DNA from: Leucoraja ocellata
Taxonomy: Eukaryota
Assembly: GCA_036785375.1 (NCBI GenBank)
Contig: JAWMAR010000201.1
Coordinates: forward strand, 248,001-312,000
Length of the DNA stretch: 64,000 nucleotides
Direction of reading: 5' to 3'
Positions 12,521-25,780 of this stretch are shown piece after piece. Both the position numbers and the translations under genes were made by a program. Position 1 is the first letter of the stretch; each line of letters opens with the position of its first letter. The notes below the pieces were generated by a model. It saw nothing but the letters and a program-made list of their open reading frames with translations. It did no database searches and was not told the origin of the DNA.

Positions 12521-14106
12521 TCGTAGCCTGTCGTAGATTGACGTACAACTTGACGTTTTGTTAGGGCGACTACAGGTGTCAGTCACTGACGCTCGCAGTC
12601 GCTGAACAAATCGCAAAGTTGGACAGGCCCTTTACAGGTGGGAAGGGGGAGGGGGAGAGTGAAGGAAATGGGGAGGAAGGAGGGGAGGAGGGGATGTCCG
12701 GTCATTACAGACAAACTGGCAATTTCATCACAGAACAAACACAAGTGGAAACCTTTGCAGCCGTCTTTGGATCCAGGAACTGTCCGCTGTTTCTTGGGAT
12801 CATTGGTTGGGCACAGGCTCTCTTCTGAATCTGTGTCCACGGCTCTCTCCCTCTCCTGGTCTCACCTGCTCGACTCGCAGTCACAACACCTCACCACCTC
12901 AAACTCTCTTCTCCTTCCCAGACTCTCTCTCACTCCAACCTCAGTCCTTCGACCTCCTCCCGGCTTCCCGACCCCTGATCACTCTGTCACCTGCCATTCC
13001 CAATCAACATTCTCTTCCTCTCTCCCCATCAGGCAGCCTCCATTCCCATGCTCACCCAATCCACAGCCCCACCCAGCCATCCTCACTCTACTCTTTACAC
13101 CTCCAGACCTCCTTCTGCTCTGCCCTTCCCCCACTCTCTGTCCCTATGATCCTCCCTCATTCATCTGTCCTTCCCCCATGCCAACCATCTTCCTTCTAAC
13201 CCCTCCATCTCCCTTCTTATTCCTGAGACCTCTGTGAGGCCTGTCTGCAGTTCCACTGACAGGGCGGGCGCCTGTGGGGAGAGAGATAGGAGAGAAGTCA
13301 GTGCACCCTACGAGAGTCCACATGAGATGAAACACCTGTCCGTTTACCTTCACCCTCGCCTCTATCCAGTGACCCTAGCATTCCTTCCAGCTGAGAAAGA
13401 CGTTCACATGCACCTCCTCTAACCTCTATTACTACATCCAGTTTTCCCAACATAGCCTCCTGTACACTGGGCAGGCCAAGCATGGACTCGTTGTCGGTTT
13501 CAATGAACAGTTACGTTTGGTCCACCAATGCCAACTGTATTTCCCATTTGCTATCATTTTAACTCCCCTCCCCATTCCCACACTTACTTTTCTGTCCATT
13601 GTCAGAGTGAGGCCATACACTAAATGGAGGACCACCTCGTATTCCATGTGGATAGCTCAAAAAAACCAGTGAAATAAATATTAAATTCTCCAATTTTAGG
13701 TCACCACTTACTAATTATCCCCATCTGGCTTCACAAGCTGGAGCTCTTAAACCTGTCTCTCACCTTCCTTTCTTATCTCTGGCCTCTGTTTTAACCATCT
13801 GCCTATCAACAACCACCCTCTCCCGCCTTTGTGAATCTTTTACCTGCCATGCTTTGTCCTGCCATTCCCGTTTCCACCCTTTTTCTCCTGCCCCTACAAT
13901 CAAGGATATCGAGCAGAAACCCGTCTACCCATGTTCCCCAGAAATGCTTCTTAAACTGCTGAGCTACTGTTATACGAGAATTTCCCTGAACAGTCTGTGA
14001 CCCATGGCGCTGTGGCTGAGTGGTCAGTGTGACAGTGTGGACTCAGTGAGCTCGGAGTGGTCAGTGTGACGGTGAGATAATGAAACGGGTGAACGAATCA
14101 AGGATC

Positions 14107-14153
14107 TTAAAGGTCACACATCCTTTCTGAATTCATGTTATCCAGCACAACGG
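14107..14153 (-). CDS. Gene B exon 5 (candidate): short cytoplasmic tail (TVVLDNMNSERMCDL*)
   Basis: Acceptor ttgtctcgtcattgcttcctgtacag; phase 1 compatible with the TM exon; TAA at 14109-14107; lies in a unique-looking stretch between repeats. Confidence 0.55.
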
Positions 14154-15109
14154 CTGTACAGGAAGCAATGACGAGACAATTAAACTATAGGACATTCAGA
14201 AGAAGGCTGCAATCCATATGTTTCAAAACACGTGCCAGGTATTGGCAGCAACGTTTAATGACACAGCGATCACATAATCTCTGATGGTATTGATGACATT
14301 AAAGTTTGGGACCTCTGACAAAACAGGTTAATTTATACCATGCGTGGTCATACAGACTTAGTGACTGGTTTGACACGGAGTGAGGTAAAAGAGAACATCA
14401 CCATCCTCGCTGACCACATCCTGGAAGCCATGGGGAAGGGTCGGAGAACAGTACCATGACTACAATCTCCCGGGAGGATGGTGGCCTTTCGGGATGTTTG
14501 GAGGCTGGTGGACAACAGTGGTGCACTGCGAACTGACCATTGGGACAATCTTGTTGGCTATAATATTACAGCCTTCTATGTGCGACCGTGTGGACTTTAC
14601 TAAAGCCTGTGGGCCGGATGTGACGAGGTAAAGCCTGTGGGCCGGATATGACGGTAACCAGATTGTTCAAGGGGTGGAATGTTATATGAGAAATTTTCAA
14701 GTTCATGTACGAGCGGGGTTCTCCGACGGGCTGAGACGCGATCAGCGCCGCAGATGGAGGCAGAGAGAGAGAGAGATGTGTGCTGCTGTAAAACTGGACC
14801 CTGGGCATACCGAGAAAAGTGTTCTTTTTGTTCTCTCTTGCCAAAAAAAACTAATTTGTAACTAAACAGATGAGTGAGCCTTTTTCTGTTCTACTAGTCG
14901 GATCCTTGAGCCTAAGGTAGACACAAAATGCTGGAGTAACTCAGCGGGACAGGCAGTATCTCTGGAGAGAAGGAATGGGTGATGTTTCCGGTCGAGACTC
15001 TTCTTCAGATTGCTGGCAGGGCAGTGGGCGGGACAGGGATAGAATGTAGTCGGAGACAGTAAGAGATGGGAGAACTGGGAAGGGAGCGGGGATAGAAAGA
15101 TCGGGAAAG

Positions 15110-16060
15110 CAAGGGCTATTTGATGTCAATATTCATATCGCTGGGGTGTAAGCTACCCAAGCAAAATACGAGGTGCTGTTCCTCCAATTTGCGCTAGGAC
15201 TCACTCTAAGAATGGAGGAGGCCCAGGACTGAAAGGTCAGATTGGGAATGGGAGGGTGAGTTAAACTGCTGAGCAACCGGGAGATCAGGCAGGTTAAGGC
15301 AACTGAACGGAGGTGTTCAGCGAAACGATCGCTGAGCCTGCGCTTGGTCTCACCGATGTACAGAAGTTGATACCTGGAACAGCGGATACCATAGAGGTTG
15401 GAGGAGGTGCAAGTGAACCCCTGCCTCACCTGAAATGACTGTTGGGGTCCTTGGATGGAGTTGAAGGGGGAGGTATAGGGACAGGTGTTGCATCTCCTGC
15501 AGTTACAGGGGAAAGTACCTGGGGAGAAGGTGGTTTGAGTGGGAAGGGCCGAGTTGACTAGGGAGTTACGGAGGAAAGGGTGTCTGCAGAAAGCAGAAAG
15601 GGGTGGAGATGGGAAGATGTTGCCAGTAGTGGGATCCCGTTGGAGGTGGTGAAAGTGTTGGAGGATTATATGTTGTATGCAACGGCTGGTGGGGTGGAAG
15701 GTGAGGCCAAGTGGGACTCTTTCCTTGTTGCGAATGGGGAGCAAGAGCAGAGCTGCGGGATATCGAGGAGACCCTAGTGGGAGCCTCATCTATAATGGAA
15801 GAGTCGAAATTCCGTTTCCTATAGAATGAGGACATCTCCGATGATCATGGAAAGCCTTGTCCTGGGTGCAGATGCAGCATAGAGTAAGGAATTGGGAGTA
15901 GATGACAGTCTTTACAGGAAGCAGGGTGGGAAGAAGTGTAGTCTAGATATCTATGGGAGTCAGTAGGTTAGTAGTAGATGTCGGTCAATAGTCTGTCTCC
16001 TGTGATGGAGACGGTGATATTCAGAAACGGTAGGGAGAGTTCGGAGATGGTCCAAGCGAA
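15110..16060 (-). mobile_element. Penelope-like retroelement 3' part (GIY-YIG endonuclease)
   Basis: CNCRRCNTC...IRCSRYQLLYIGETKRRLSDRFAEHLRSV; further fragments at ~13200-13700 (+), 22097-22335 (-) and 31970-32270 (+). Confidence 0.85.
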
Positions 16061-16173
16061 CCTGTTTCCTTGCTGCAGCTACTCCAGCACTTTGTGACCT
16101 TTTCTGAATTAAACAATGGCTGCAGTTCATTGTTTCTACATTTTAACTGCAAACACTTAAAAACAGCACTCAC

Positions 16174-16272
16174 TGATGATGTGGGTGGCGACAGTGACTG
16201 AGATGAGAATCAGAAGCAGGACGGCTACGACCGTGGCCCTCAACCAACATCCACGGAGACAGCTACTCAACC
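16174..16272 (-). CDS. Gene B exon 4: stalk/transmembrane exon (GLSSCLRGCWLRATVVAVLLLILISVTVATHII)
   Basis: Acceptor cccctcttctttcaccag, donor ATCA|GTGAGT; 99 nt, phase 1-1; hydrophobic run preceded by Arg. Not present in the ORF track. Confidence 0.8.
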
Positions 16273-16766
16273 CTGGTGAAAGAAGAGGGGATCACTCATC
16301 AGAGAGACTGCACTGGGCCTTGTTCACAAACTCAGCAAGAACTCGGGGCCCACATCGTAGACTGACATCAAATAACTGTGACAGCGCTGTCCATTTACAC
16401 ACTCACAGAGCATGGATAGAACACTGCTGCAGAGTGCCTTGTCAAGATCAATGGCTCTTTGTTGGCTCCCATTGTGTCCCTGGAGAGGGAACATGTGGAG
16501 TCCACGGGGACTCTGGTGGCCTTCCGTGAACAATGACCTTCCGCATCTTTACAATGAATGCATTGTAAAGATGCCATTAGTGTTTTATGATGATTGCCTG
16601 ATGCAATGTGACTTGAACATTTTTGTACTTTCTGGTACACTGTAATATGCAATTACTGAATAAAGTCCTTGGAAGGGAAAACTAAATGTGAAGCTCCCTC
16701 TGCACTGTCTCAATGAACAATTAAACCACCACATTCTTCAAACCTGATTGGCCCTCTGACACTCAC

Positions 16767-16930
16767 CAGATGTGGTCTGTTTGCAGACGTCCTTCGGCCA
16801 GATCTGTGCTGTGCCTTCACTGACCTGGTTCCTGGCCTCGCACCTGTACACAACGTCCCCGACCTCTGCTGTGTGATGAACCTGTATTGTCTTTCCATGT
16901 CCCACGAGGTGATGGGTGATGTCATTTCCC
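16767..16930 (-). pseudogene. 5'-deleted paralogous IgC2 pseudo-exon
   Basis: GNDITHHLVGHGKTIQVHHTAEVGDVVYRCEARNQVSEGTAQIWPKDVCKQTTS with donor G|GTGAGT. Homologous to the 3' half of 26254-26534; an ~300-bp deletion removed the acceptor and 5' half. Confidence 0.8.
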
Positions 16931-17519
16931 ACACGTCAAGTCCACACGTGTGATGTGCCCCCTTCCCGAGCACTCCCTGCACCCATCCACAAACTCTCCA
17001 CTGTGTCCTGTTTATGGCTCTGTTCCCTGGGAATCTCTCCAGTTCCATATCTTTTGTCACTTGTGAGTGGTCCCAGTGTTCCTTAAAAACCCGAGTGTGA
17101 CCCAACTCAGACCGGCCCAGAACCTGGCCAACAGCGGCAGCCCTGGGACTGTGACGGACACAGAGCCAGACTGGGTAGCGTGTTGTGTTCCAGAGTGAAT
17201 CCAGCACGTGCAGATCCTGGGTCACCTATTGTAGTAGGATCTTGATTAGTTGGGCAGGTGAGCTGACGAATGGTTAATGGAGTTCAGGTTTGGTCACCCT
17301 GCTACAGGAAGGATGCTGTTCGGCAGGAAAGAGTACAGGGAAGATTTACAAGAATGTGGCCAGGACGTGAGGGCCAACGCTATAGGGAGAGTTTGGGCAG
17401 GCTAGGACTTTATTCTTTGGAGCACGAGGATGATCTGTATAATATACATCTTATAGAAGTTTAGTTTAGAGATACAGTGTAGAAACAGGCCCTTCAGCCC
17501 ACCGAGTCCACACCGACCA

Positions 17520-19328
17520 TCATGCACCTCCGATTTCTGGATTATCTCCCTATTTAGAAAATAGTCTGCACCTTTATTCCTCTGAACAAAATGCATCATT
17601 CCACACTTTGCTACACTATATTCCATCTGCCACTTGTCTGCCAACAATCCCAAGCCCTTCTGCAGACTCTTTGCTTTCTCCGCACTACCTGACCTTCCAC
17701 TTATTTTCATATCATCCACAAACTTGGCCACAAAGCCTTCAATCCCCTCGTCCAAATCATTCATCTACAACTTGAAGAGTAGCGGCCTCAGCATCGACCC
17801 CTACGGAACGTCACTAGTCACTGGCTGCCAACCAGAAAAAAAACCTTTTATTGCCACTTTTTGTCTTCTGCCATGCAGCCAACCTGCTATCCAAGCTAGT
17901 ATCTGCCCTTTGATACCGTGGGCTCTCGACTTCCTTATCAGTCTCACGTGTGGCACCTTATCAAAGGCTTTTTGAAAATCTAAGTAAATAACATCCACTG
18001 ACTCTTTGTCTGTCCTCCTATTTACTTCTTCAAAGAATTCCAGCAAATTTGTCAAGCAAGACCTCCCCTTCACAAAGCCATGCTGACTTTGACCTATTTT
18101 ATCGTGAACTTCTAAGTACTCTGTAACCTCATCTTTTATAATGGACTCTAAAATCTTACCAAGATTTTAGACCAAAGTCAGATTAACCGACCTATAGATC
18201 CCACTATTCTGCTTTGCTTCCTTGTGCAATAGGGTAATATTGGCAACTTTCCAATCATCTAGGACCTCTCCTGTCTCTAGTGATTCTTGAAAAAAGAGTA
18301 AAATTGTAGATTAGGAAGCAGAGATCAATCATGATTGAGTGGTGGAGTAAACTCGATGGGCCGAATGGCCTAATTCTACTCCTATAACCTATGAACTTAT
18401 GAAATATCACTGTCAATACCTCCACAATCACTAAAGCTGCCTCTTTCAGAAGACTAGGGTACAGTCCATCTGGTCCAGGTGACTTCAGCCTTTTCAGTTT
18501 CCCAAGCACCATCTGCCTCTAATAACCACCCCACTAACTTCCAACCCCTGGCTCTCTTGAATTTCAGGGACGTTGCTGGTGTCTCCCACTGTGTAGACTG
18601 ACGCAAAAAAGTTATTTAACTCCTCTGCTATTTTTTTATTCCCCATTGTCACTTCTCCTGCATCATTCTCCAGCGATCCAACTTCCACTCTTGCCTCTTT
18701 CTTACTCTTTATATTTTTTCACGATATTGCCTTTTTAGTTACCTTCTGTTGTTCTTTAATAGCTTTTTACTATATACATCAATGATTTAGATGAAGGGAT
18801 TCAAAGTAACATTAGCAAATTTGCAGATGACAGATGAGAATGTAGGGTGACTTGGATAGGTTGAGTGAGTAGGCTGATGCATGGCAGATGCAGTTTAATA
18901 TGGATAAATGTGAGGTTATCAACTTTGGTAGCAAAAACAGGAAGGCAGATTACTATCTAAGTGGTGTCAAGTTGGGAAAAGGGTAAGTACAACGGGATCT
19001 GGGGGGTCCTTGTTCATCAGTCAATGAAAGTAAGCATGCAGGTACAGCAGGCAGTGAAGAAAGCGAATGGCATGTTGGCCTTTATAACAAGAGGATTTGA
19101 GTATAGGAGCAAAGAGGTCCTTCTGCAATTGTATTGGCCTTAGTGAGACCACACCTGGAGTATTGTGTACAGTTTTGGTCCCCTAATTTGAGGAAGGACA
19201 TTCTTGCTATTGAGGGAGTAGGTTTACAAGGTTAATTCCCACAATGGCTGAGAGAATGGTGCGGCTGGGCTTGTATACTCTGGAGTTTAGAAGGATGAGA
19301 GGATATCTTATTGAAACATATACGATTA
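17520..19328. mobile_element. CR1 LINE fragments (minus 17520-18750; plus 18770-19328)
   Basis: GRSCLTNLLEFFEEV...YLDFQKAFDKVPH; KANGMLAFITRGFEY. Confidence 0.85.
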
Positions 19329-21822
19329 CTAGACTAATTGGGACCTGTTGGGTCCCATGTTCACACAGGAAGGCTGGTCCCCCGACGCAATATTCCACCT
19401 CTCCACCAATTCCAATATTGGTGGCCAGTGGGGGGCTTTATGGAGAACTGGTATGGGTTCTTGGGTTGGCAGCTCAGTCCCTCAAGCCTGATGTGCTGGC
19501 AGCTCACTTGCGGCTGGTGGGCTGGCAGTTGACTCATGGCTATTCCTTGAAATTCCATTTCAAGCAGGCTGCAAGGCCACCAAATTCAAGTGCAGTTTCC
19601 TGCCACTTCAAGCAGGGTACAAGGCCACTGAATTTAAGTGCAGTTTCATACCATTTCAAGCAGGGTGCAAGGCCACCAAATTCAAGTGCAGTCTTATACC
19701 ACTTTCAGCAGGGTGCAAGGCTGCCAACTTCAAGTGCAGCTTCATAACATTTCAAGCAGGGTGTAAGGTCACCAAATTCAAATGCAGCTTCATACAATTT
19801 CATGCAGGGTGCTACGCCACCACATTCAAATGCAGTTTCATACCATTTCAATCAGGGTGAAACCACCATAAAACCACACAAAACACCAAACTCACAGTTC
19901 AGTAGACATTCAGTGTGTTCAGTTGATTCACAGCTCAGACAGAGTTGTGACCTCTCCCTCCCCCATAATGCAGAGACTGAGCCACACCCTCACTTTCAGG
20001 TTTTATAACCCCTCCCCCTCCCTCTGGAAAAGGTGTGGCCTTCATGGCATGATTGACAGGAGAGTGATTCTCAACTTTTTAAACAGTAATAACACTTTTA
20101 TTTTTCATTGATGGGAAGAATCCTCTGCACCTGCTGAGCGGAGGGGGACTGAGTAAGATGGCCAAAAATCACAGCCGTAAGTGATAGCGTTTTATCTAAA
20201 ATCAATATACAGTGCAAACAGGATGTTACCCAAAGCACTCAAATCACCATTTGCAGTAGTGCCTTTTAACTTCAAGCAAAAGCACCCAAACCACAATCTG
20301 CAGCAGTGCCTTTTAACTTAAACCCAAAGCACCCAAACCACCATTTAAAGTAGTGCCTTTTAACTTCAAGCCAAAGCACCCAAACCACCATTTGCAGTAG
20401 TGCCTTTTAACTGCAAGCCAAAGCACCCAAACCACCATTTGTAGTAGTGCCTTTTAACTTCAAACCAACCATATTTTCATTTTCAAAGCACATTAAGGGG
20501 ACTCACAGTTGAGTAGACATGTGTTTAGTGTTATTCAAAGCTCAGAGAGACATGACCCTCTGGCTTCTTCCATCTTGCAGAGGCTGAGTGATGCACACCA
20601 CTTCCGGGTTTTATAGTCCCTCCCCCCCTCCCACCAGCAGGGGCAGCAGAGAGAATAGCAATTTTTTTTTAAACATTGATATCTCTCTGATTTTTAATCG
20701 ATGGGAAAATCCCTCCGGTCCCGGAAGGGGGCTCTGAGCTTGGTGGCCAAAAATGACGGCCGTAGTGGCTGTGTTCTCTCGGAAATCACAGCACAGCAAG
20801 TCAAAAGCGGTCAAGATCAGACTTTTAGTAATATACTAGACCAAGTGCAGACCCGTTGGGTCTGCTCCCCCAATGGTGTGATCCCCCAACCCAATATTCC
20901 ACCATGCACCCGTCTCCTCCAATGGAACTGAAGCCGTTCTCAAAAGTAAGATTCCAGCACTGCCCTGCCTCTTTAAAAAAAAATCCAATGGCACCTCCCC
21001 TGCCTGCTGCAGCAGTGAAAAGTTCAGTCTTCCTGTCTTTCAACTTTGTTTCGAAGTGTGTTGGAAGCTGACATGTAAATGGAGAAGCCTGTTTATTTTT
21101 GAAATACTTGGGGGTGGGTGGGTGGGGGTGAAGGATTTGATTAAAAACGTGAACTTCAACACGACAAAATGAAATGAGGAGCCGATACTTAGAAAGAAAA
21201 GCGAAATCTGCACCGAAATGGAAAATATCTCGGAGAGTGAGCGTCTGGATTGGGCGTGGCAATGAATCAAAGGAAGAAATGCAGCCGGCAGCCGTACATG
21301 CAAATGAATCCATTCCGATTGGACATCTGCGAGCATCAGCCATTCCGATTGGACATCTGCGAGTATCGGGCACGAATCGAAAGGCAGGAAGGGCGCCGGT
21401 CGGCAGTCGGTCGGATGGGGCCAGAGTTTTAAAAGCATACTAGACCAAGTGCAGACCCGTTGGGTCTGCTCCCCCAATGGTGTGATTCCCCCAACCCAAT
21501 ATTCCACCATGCACCCGTCTCCTCCAACGGAACTGAAGCCGTTCCCAAATGTAAGATTCCAGCACTCCCCTGCCTCCCTCAGCAGTGGATTGAAAAAAAA
21601 ATCCAATTGCACCTCCCCTGCTTGCTGCAGCAGTTCAAATTGCAATACCAATTGGCCCTCCCCCTCCTGTTGCAGCACTTGCTGTGATATCCCATTGAGG
21701 TGAAAAGTTCAGAGTGTTCCTGTCTTGCAACTTTGTTTTGAAGTGTGTTGGAAGCTGATAGGAAGGAGTAGCGAATCAAAAGGAAGAAAGGCAGCCGGAC
21801 GGACGGACGGCAGGCGGCAGCC
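19329..21822 (-). mobile_element. Tandem non-autonomous Helitron units with internal 48-bp and 47-bp minisatellites
   Basis: Three 3' termini (hairpin GCAGACCC-AAC-GGGTCTGC or GGGACC-CAACA-GGTCCC followed by CTAG-T) at ~19329, ~20836 and ~21440; minisatellites at 19555-19860 and 20228-20465. Confidence 0.75.
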
Positions 21823-21955
21823 NNNNNNNNNNNNNNNNNNNNNNNNNNNNNNNNNNNNNNNNNNNNNNNNNNNNNNNNNNNNNNNNNNNNNNNNNNNNNN
21901 NNNNNNNNNNNNNNNNNNNNNNNNNNNNNNNNNNNNNNNNNNNNNNNNNNNNNNN
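21823..21955. other. Assembly gap
   Basis: Run of N. Confidence 1.
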
Positions 21956-24082
21956 GCGTGTGCGTGCGTGTGTACGCGTGTGTATAATATATATATACAC
22001 ACAGTTTCCCTCCTGGGATTAATAAAGTTCAATCTTATAGTATCGTGTTATCGTGTGTGTAGGAAGGAACTGCAGATGCTGGTTTAAACTGAAGATACGC
22101 TTGGTCTCACCGATGTAGAGCAGCTGCCACCTAGAGCATTGGATGCAATAGATGAGGTTGGAGGAGGTGCAGGTGAACCTCTCCCGCACCTGGAAAGACT
22201 GCTTGGGTCCTTGAATGGAGTCAAGGGGGGAGGTAAAGCGACAAATGTAGCATTTCCTGCGGTTGCCTGGGAAAGTGCCAGGAGAGGGGGTGGATTGGGT
22301 GGGAAGGGACAAATTGACCAGGGAGTTGCTGGAGAAAATCAGCGGGTAAGGCAGCATCTATGGAGCGAAGGAAGTGACGACGTTTCACGTCGAGACCCTT
22401 CTTCAGATTGATGTCGGGGGGGGGGGTGGGGTGGGGCGCACGAAAAAGAAAGGAAGAGGCGGAGATAGTACGCTGTGGGAGAGCTGGGAATGGGAGGGGA
22501 AGGAGGGAGAAACCAAGGACTACCTGAAATTAGAGAAGACAAAAGGTGTGAGATAAGGATAGAAGATAGACTTTATTGTATTTTAAATTTTGTTATGGTA
22601 CCCACTGCAACCACTTCATCAGGTTACACATTCCATTTATGTACCACCTTCTGTGTGGAAAACATTGCCCCAAACTTTTCCACTAAATCTTTCCCCTCGC
22701 ACATTAAAGTTATGACTTCTAGTTCTTGATTCTAAAGCCCTGGAGAAAAGGCAATGTTCACCCTATCTCTGCTATACGTGATTTTATACATCTCTGTAAG
22801 ATCACTCAGCATTCTACTCTCCAAGAAATAAAGTACTAGCCAGCTCAACCTCTCACTGTCATGTCAACATCCTTGTACATTGTTCTGTACGCTTTCCAAC
22901 TTAATGGCATATCTCCTATTTCATTTGACCAAAATTGAACTCAATACCCCTAATTGTGGCTTCATCACAGTTTTGTACAACTGCAACATAGCATCCCAAC
23001 TTTTATAATGAATGCCTATACTGATAAACGGCAGCATGTCAAAAGCCTTCTTCACCACCCTGTCAACCTGTGATGTTATTTTCAGGGAACTATGTACTTG
23101 TACTCAGTCCCTCTGTCGTATGAGACCCTCCAGGGATCAATGTTATAATACATTGATTAAGCCACAGCTGGAATATATTGTGTACAATTCTGGCCATCAC
23201 ACTAGAGAAAGGGTGTGAGTTGGATGATCAGCCATGATCATATTTTGCAGTTGTACAAAACTGTGATGAAGCCACACTTGGAGTATTGAGTTCAATTTTG
23301 GTCAACATGAAATACGAGATATGCCATTAAGTTGGAAAGCATACAGAATGGCGGTTCAGGCTCGAAGGGCCGAATGGCATACTCCCGCACCTATTTTCTA
23401 TGTTTCTATTTCACTGGAGCAATGCAGAGGAGATTCATCAAAATGTTGTCTGGGATTGAGTGTTTCAGTTATGAGGGGAGACTGGATTGGTTGCGTTTGT
23501 TTTCTTTAGAGTGGTGGTGGCTGAGAGTGGAGGAGTGCTGTTATAAATGCACCACATCATGGGGGACTTAGATAGGGGAGATAGTATGAATAGGTTGCCA
23601 AGCCGGGCAAAATGACTCGGTGTTTAGTTGCCCGGCGGCGCTTTGAGTGGTCAATGGCACCAAGGCAACCGTTAATTTTGAGCCCTGTAGTGTGAATAGA
23701 TTTTTCTAATAGAAGATATATATTTAAGGAGAGTAGTGAAAGGTTATAGAGGATCTGTGGAAGATTTGTAAATGAAACTAACATTACAATAACTTTGAAA
23801 CTAACATTACAATGCTGCAAAAATATATTCTGCATTCTGGTATTTTTCTTTTTGCTTGTGTATAGCTTGATTGTAGTTACATGTATGTTTAAGAAGGAAC
23901 TGCAGATGCTAGAAAATGGAAGGTAGACAAAAATGCTGGAGAAACTTTGCAGGTGAGGCAGCATCTACAGAGCGAAGGAAATAGGCAACGTTTCGGGTCG
24001 AAACCCTTCTTCAGTCTGAACATGTTACCCACATTATTCTACATTTGTTAGATCCTTGCCCGCTCACTTATCTTGCCTTATT

Positions 24083-24397
24083 ATCTATACAGGTATTACT
24101 AAAACTAAGATCTTGACCGCTTTCGACTTTCTGTTTCGTGATTTCCGAGAGAACGCCGCCATTTACGGCCATCAATTTTGGCCACCTCGCTCAGAATCCT
24201 CCTCCGCCCGACAGGACCATGGGATTTTTCCCATCGATGAAAAATCAGAGAGTTATTAATGTTTTAAAAAATGTCACCATTCTCTCTGCCGCCCCAGCTG
24301 ACGGCAGGGGGGAGGGACTATAAAACCCGGATGTCATGCCTCACTCAATCTCTGCGAGATGGATGAAGTGAGAGGGTCACAGCTCACTGAGCTGCGA
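24083..24397 (+). mobile_element. Helitron 5' fragment of the same family
   Basis: TCTATAC...TATTACTAAAACTAAGATCTTGACCGC matches the reverse complement of 20530-20834. Confidence 0.65.
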
Positions 24398-24497
24398 AGG
24401 ACCTGTTTCCATGAGCTCCTCCTGTGGAATGTGTTACCCTGCTGCCTGTCTCTTGCTTGCCCATTGTTGCCCTGTTCCGACGTTTGTGCAGACCTAC

Positions 24498-24773
24498 CTG
24501 AATGCTGCTCACACACGCGTTCCCTGGTGAAGTTGGCGGACTGGCGGCTGACGGGATTCCACACCGTGCAGGCGTAGTCGATTCTGTCGGAGGCCCCCAG
24601 CGACAGCAGGAGCTCGTCGCCCAAGTCGGACACCTGCCCGAGGGGGGAGCCGGCCCCGGGGCTCCAGCCAAAGTTCATCTCGTCTCCGGCCGCAGCGGAA
24701 CACCTGAGGGTCAAGTTGCAGGAGTGGCCTAAGCTGCTGTTGGCCACCTCCACCCTGACTCCAGACACCGGCT
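24498..24773 (-). CDS. Gene B exon 3: IgC2 domain of SLAM type
   Basis: Acceptor ctccttttccctgcag, donor TCAG|GTAGG; 276 nt, phase 1-1. EPVSGVRV...SCNLTLRCS...FGW...YACTVWNPVS...VCE has the four-Cys pattern typical of SLAM-family C2 domains. Confidence 0.9.
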
Positions 24774-25580
24774 CTGCAGGGAAAAGGAGGAGAGTGATAT
24801 GGAGCAACCAGGGCACAATCCTGTCTCTGGTTCAGGACCTCAAGGAGCCAGACCTCTCCGCCCGGCTCGTCTCGTTTGACCACCCGCATGCCTCTCACCC
24901 CGCCACCTCGTGTGCGTGTGTCCCCAGTCCCCCATCTCGGATTGGGACCCTTCTTCAAACAGAATCAATCAACAAAATGTCAGACCGAAAAAGTGTGCTA
25001 TGCATTCAGTCTCTCCACGCAGGTTGTGTTTCAATTCCTTGACCGTGTGGGTTTACACCGGGTGCTCCGGTTTCCCACCTCATCTCAAATACGTTAATTG
25101 CCTGCTGTAAATTGCTCAGTGTGTTGGTGGAATCTAAGTGCAGCTGCTTTGTGTGTGTGTGTGTGTGTGGGTGTGTGGGTGTGTGGGTGAGTGAGTGAGT
25201 GAGTGAGACAGATAGAGGAAAAAAACGAAAACCTGCTGGTCTACATGGAAATAAGGAGCAGAGGAATGGGACTGTGGGATTGTTCCCTGGGGGCCAGCCT
25301 GGTCCCAATGGGACGAATGGCCTCTTGCGGTGTGTAAAGCAAATCCATTATAACGCTCCTCCTTCAAGGGGAAAGAGAGGTAGCGAACGGAAGATTATTT
25401 TTAGTTTGCCGAACAATGAGAAATCTGTAGAATCCCTAAACCAATGATTCGGAGCAGGGAATCACAGTCTGAAGAAGGGTTTCGGCCCGAAACGTCGGCT
25501 ATTTCCTTCGCTCCATAGATGCTGCTGCACCCGCTGAGTTTCTCCAGCAATTTTGTGTACCTTCATTGATATAGATGGTC

Positions 25581-25780
25581 NNNNNNNNNNNNNNNNNNNN
25601 NNNNNNNNNNNNNNNNNNNNNNNNNNNNNNNNNNNNNNNNNNNNNNNNNNNNNNNNNNNNNNNNNNNNNNNNNNNNNNNNNNNNNNNNNNNNNNNNNNNN
25701 NNNNNNNNNNNNNNNNNNNNNNNNNNNNNNNNNNNNNNNNNNNNNNNNNNNNNNNNNNNNNNNNNNNNNNNNNNNNNNNN
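25581..25780. other. Assembly gap
   Basis: Run of 200 N. Confidence 1.

Noticed and set aside
13970-14006. gcgccATGG Kozak-like start on the minus strand (MGHRLFREILV*)
   Set aside because: Only 11 codons and no donor site; probably gene B 3' UTR.
19555-20465. 47-48-bp periodic repeats resembling a CRISPR array
   Set aside because: No unique spacers; eukaryotic minisatellites within a Helitron.
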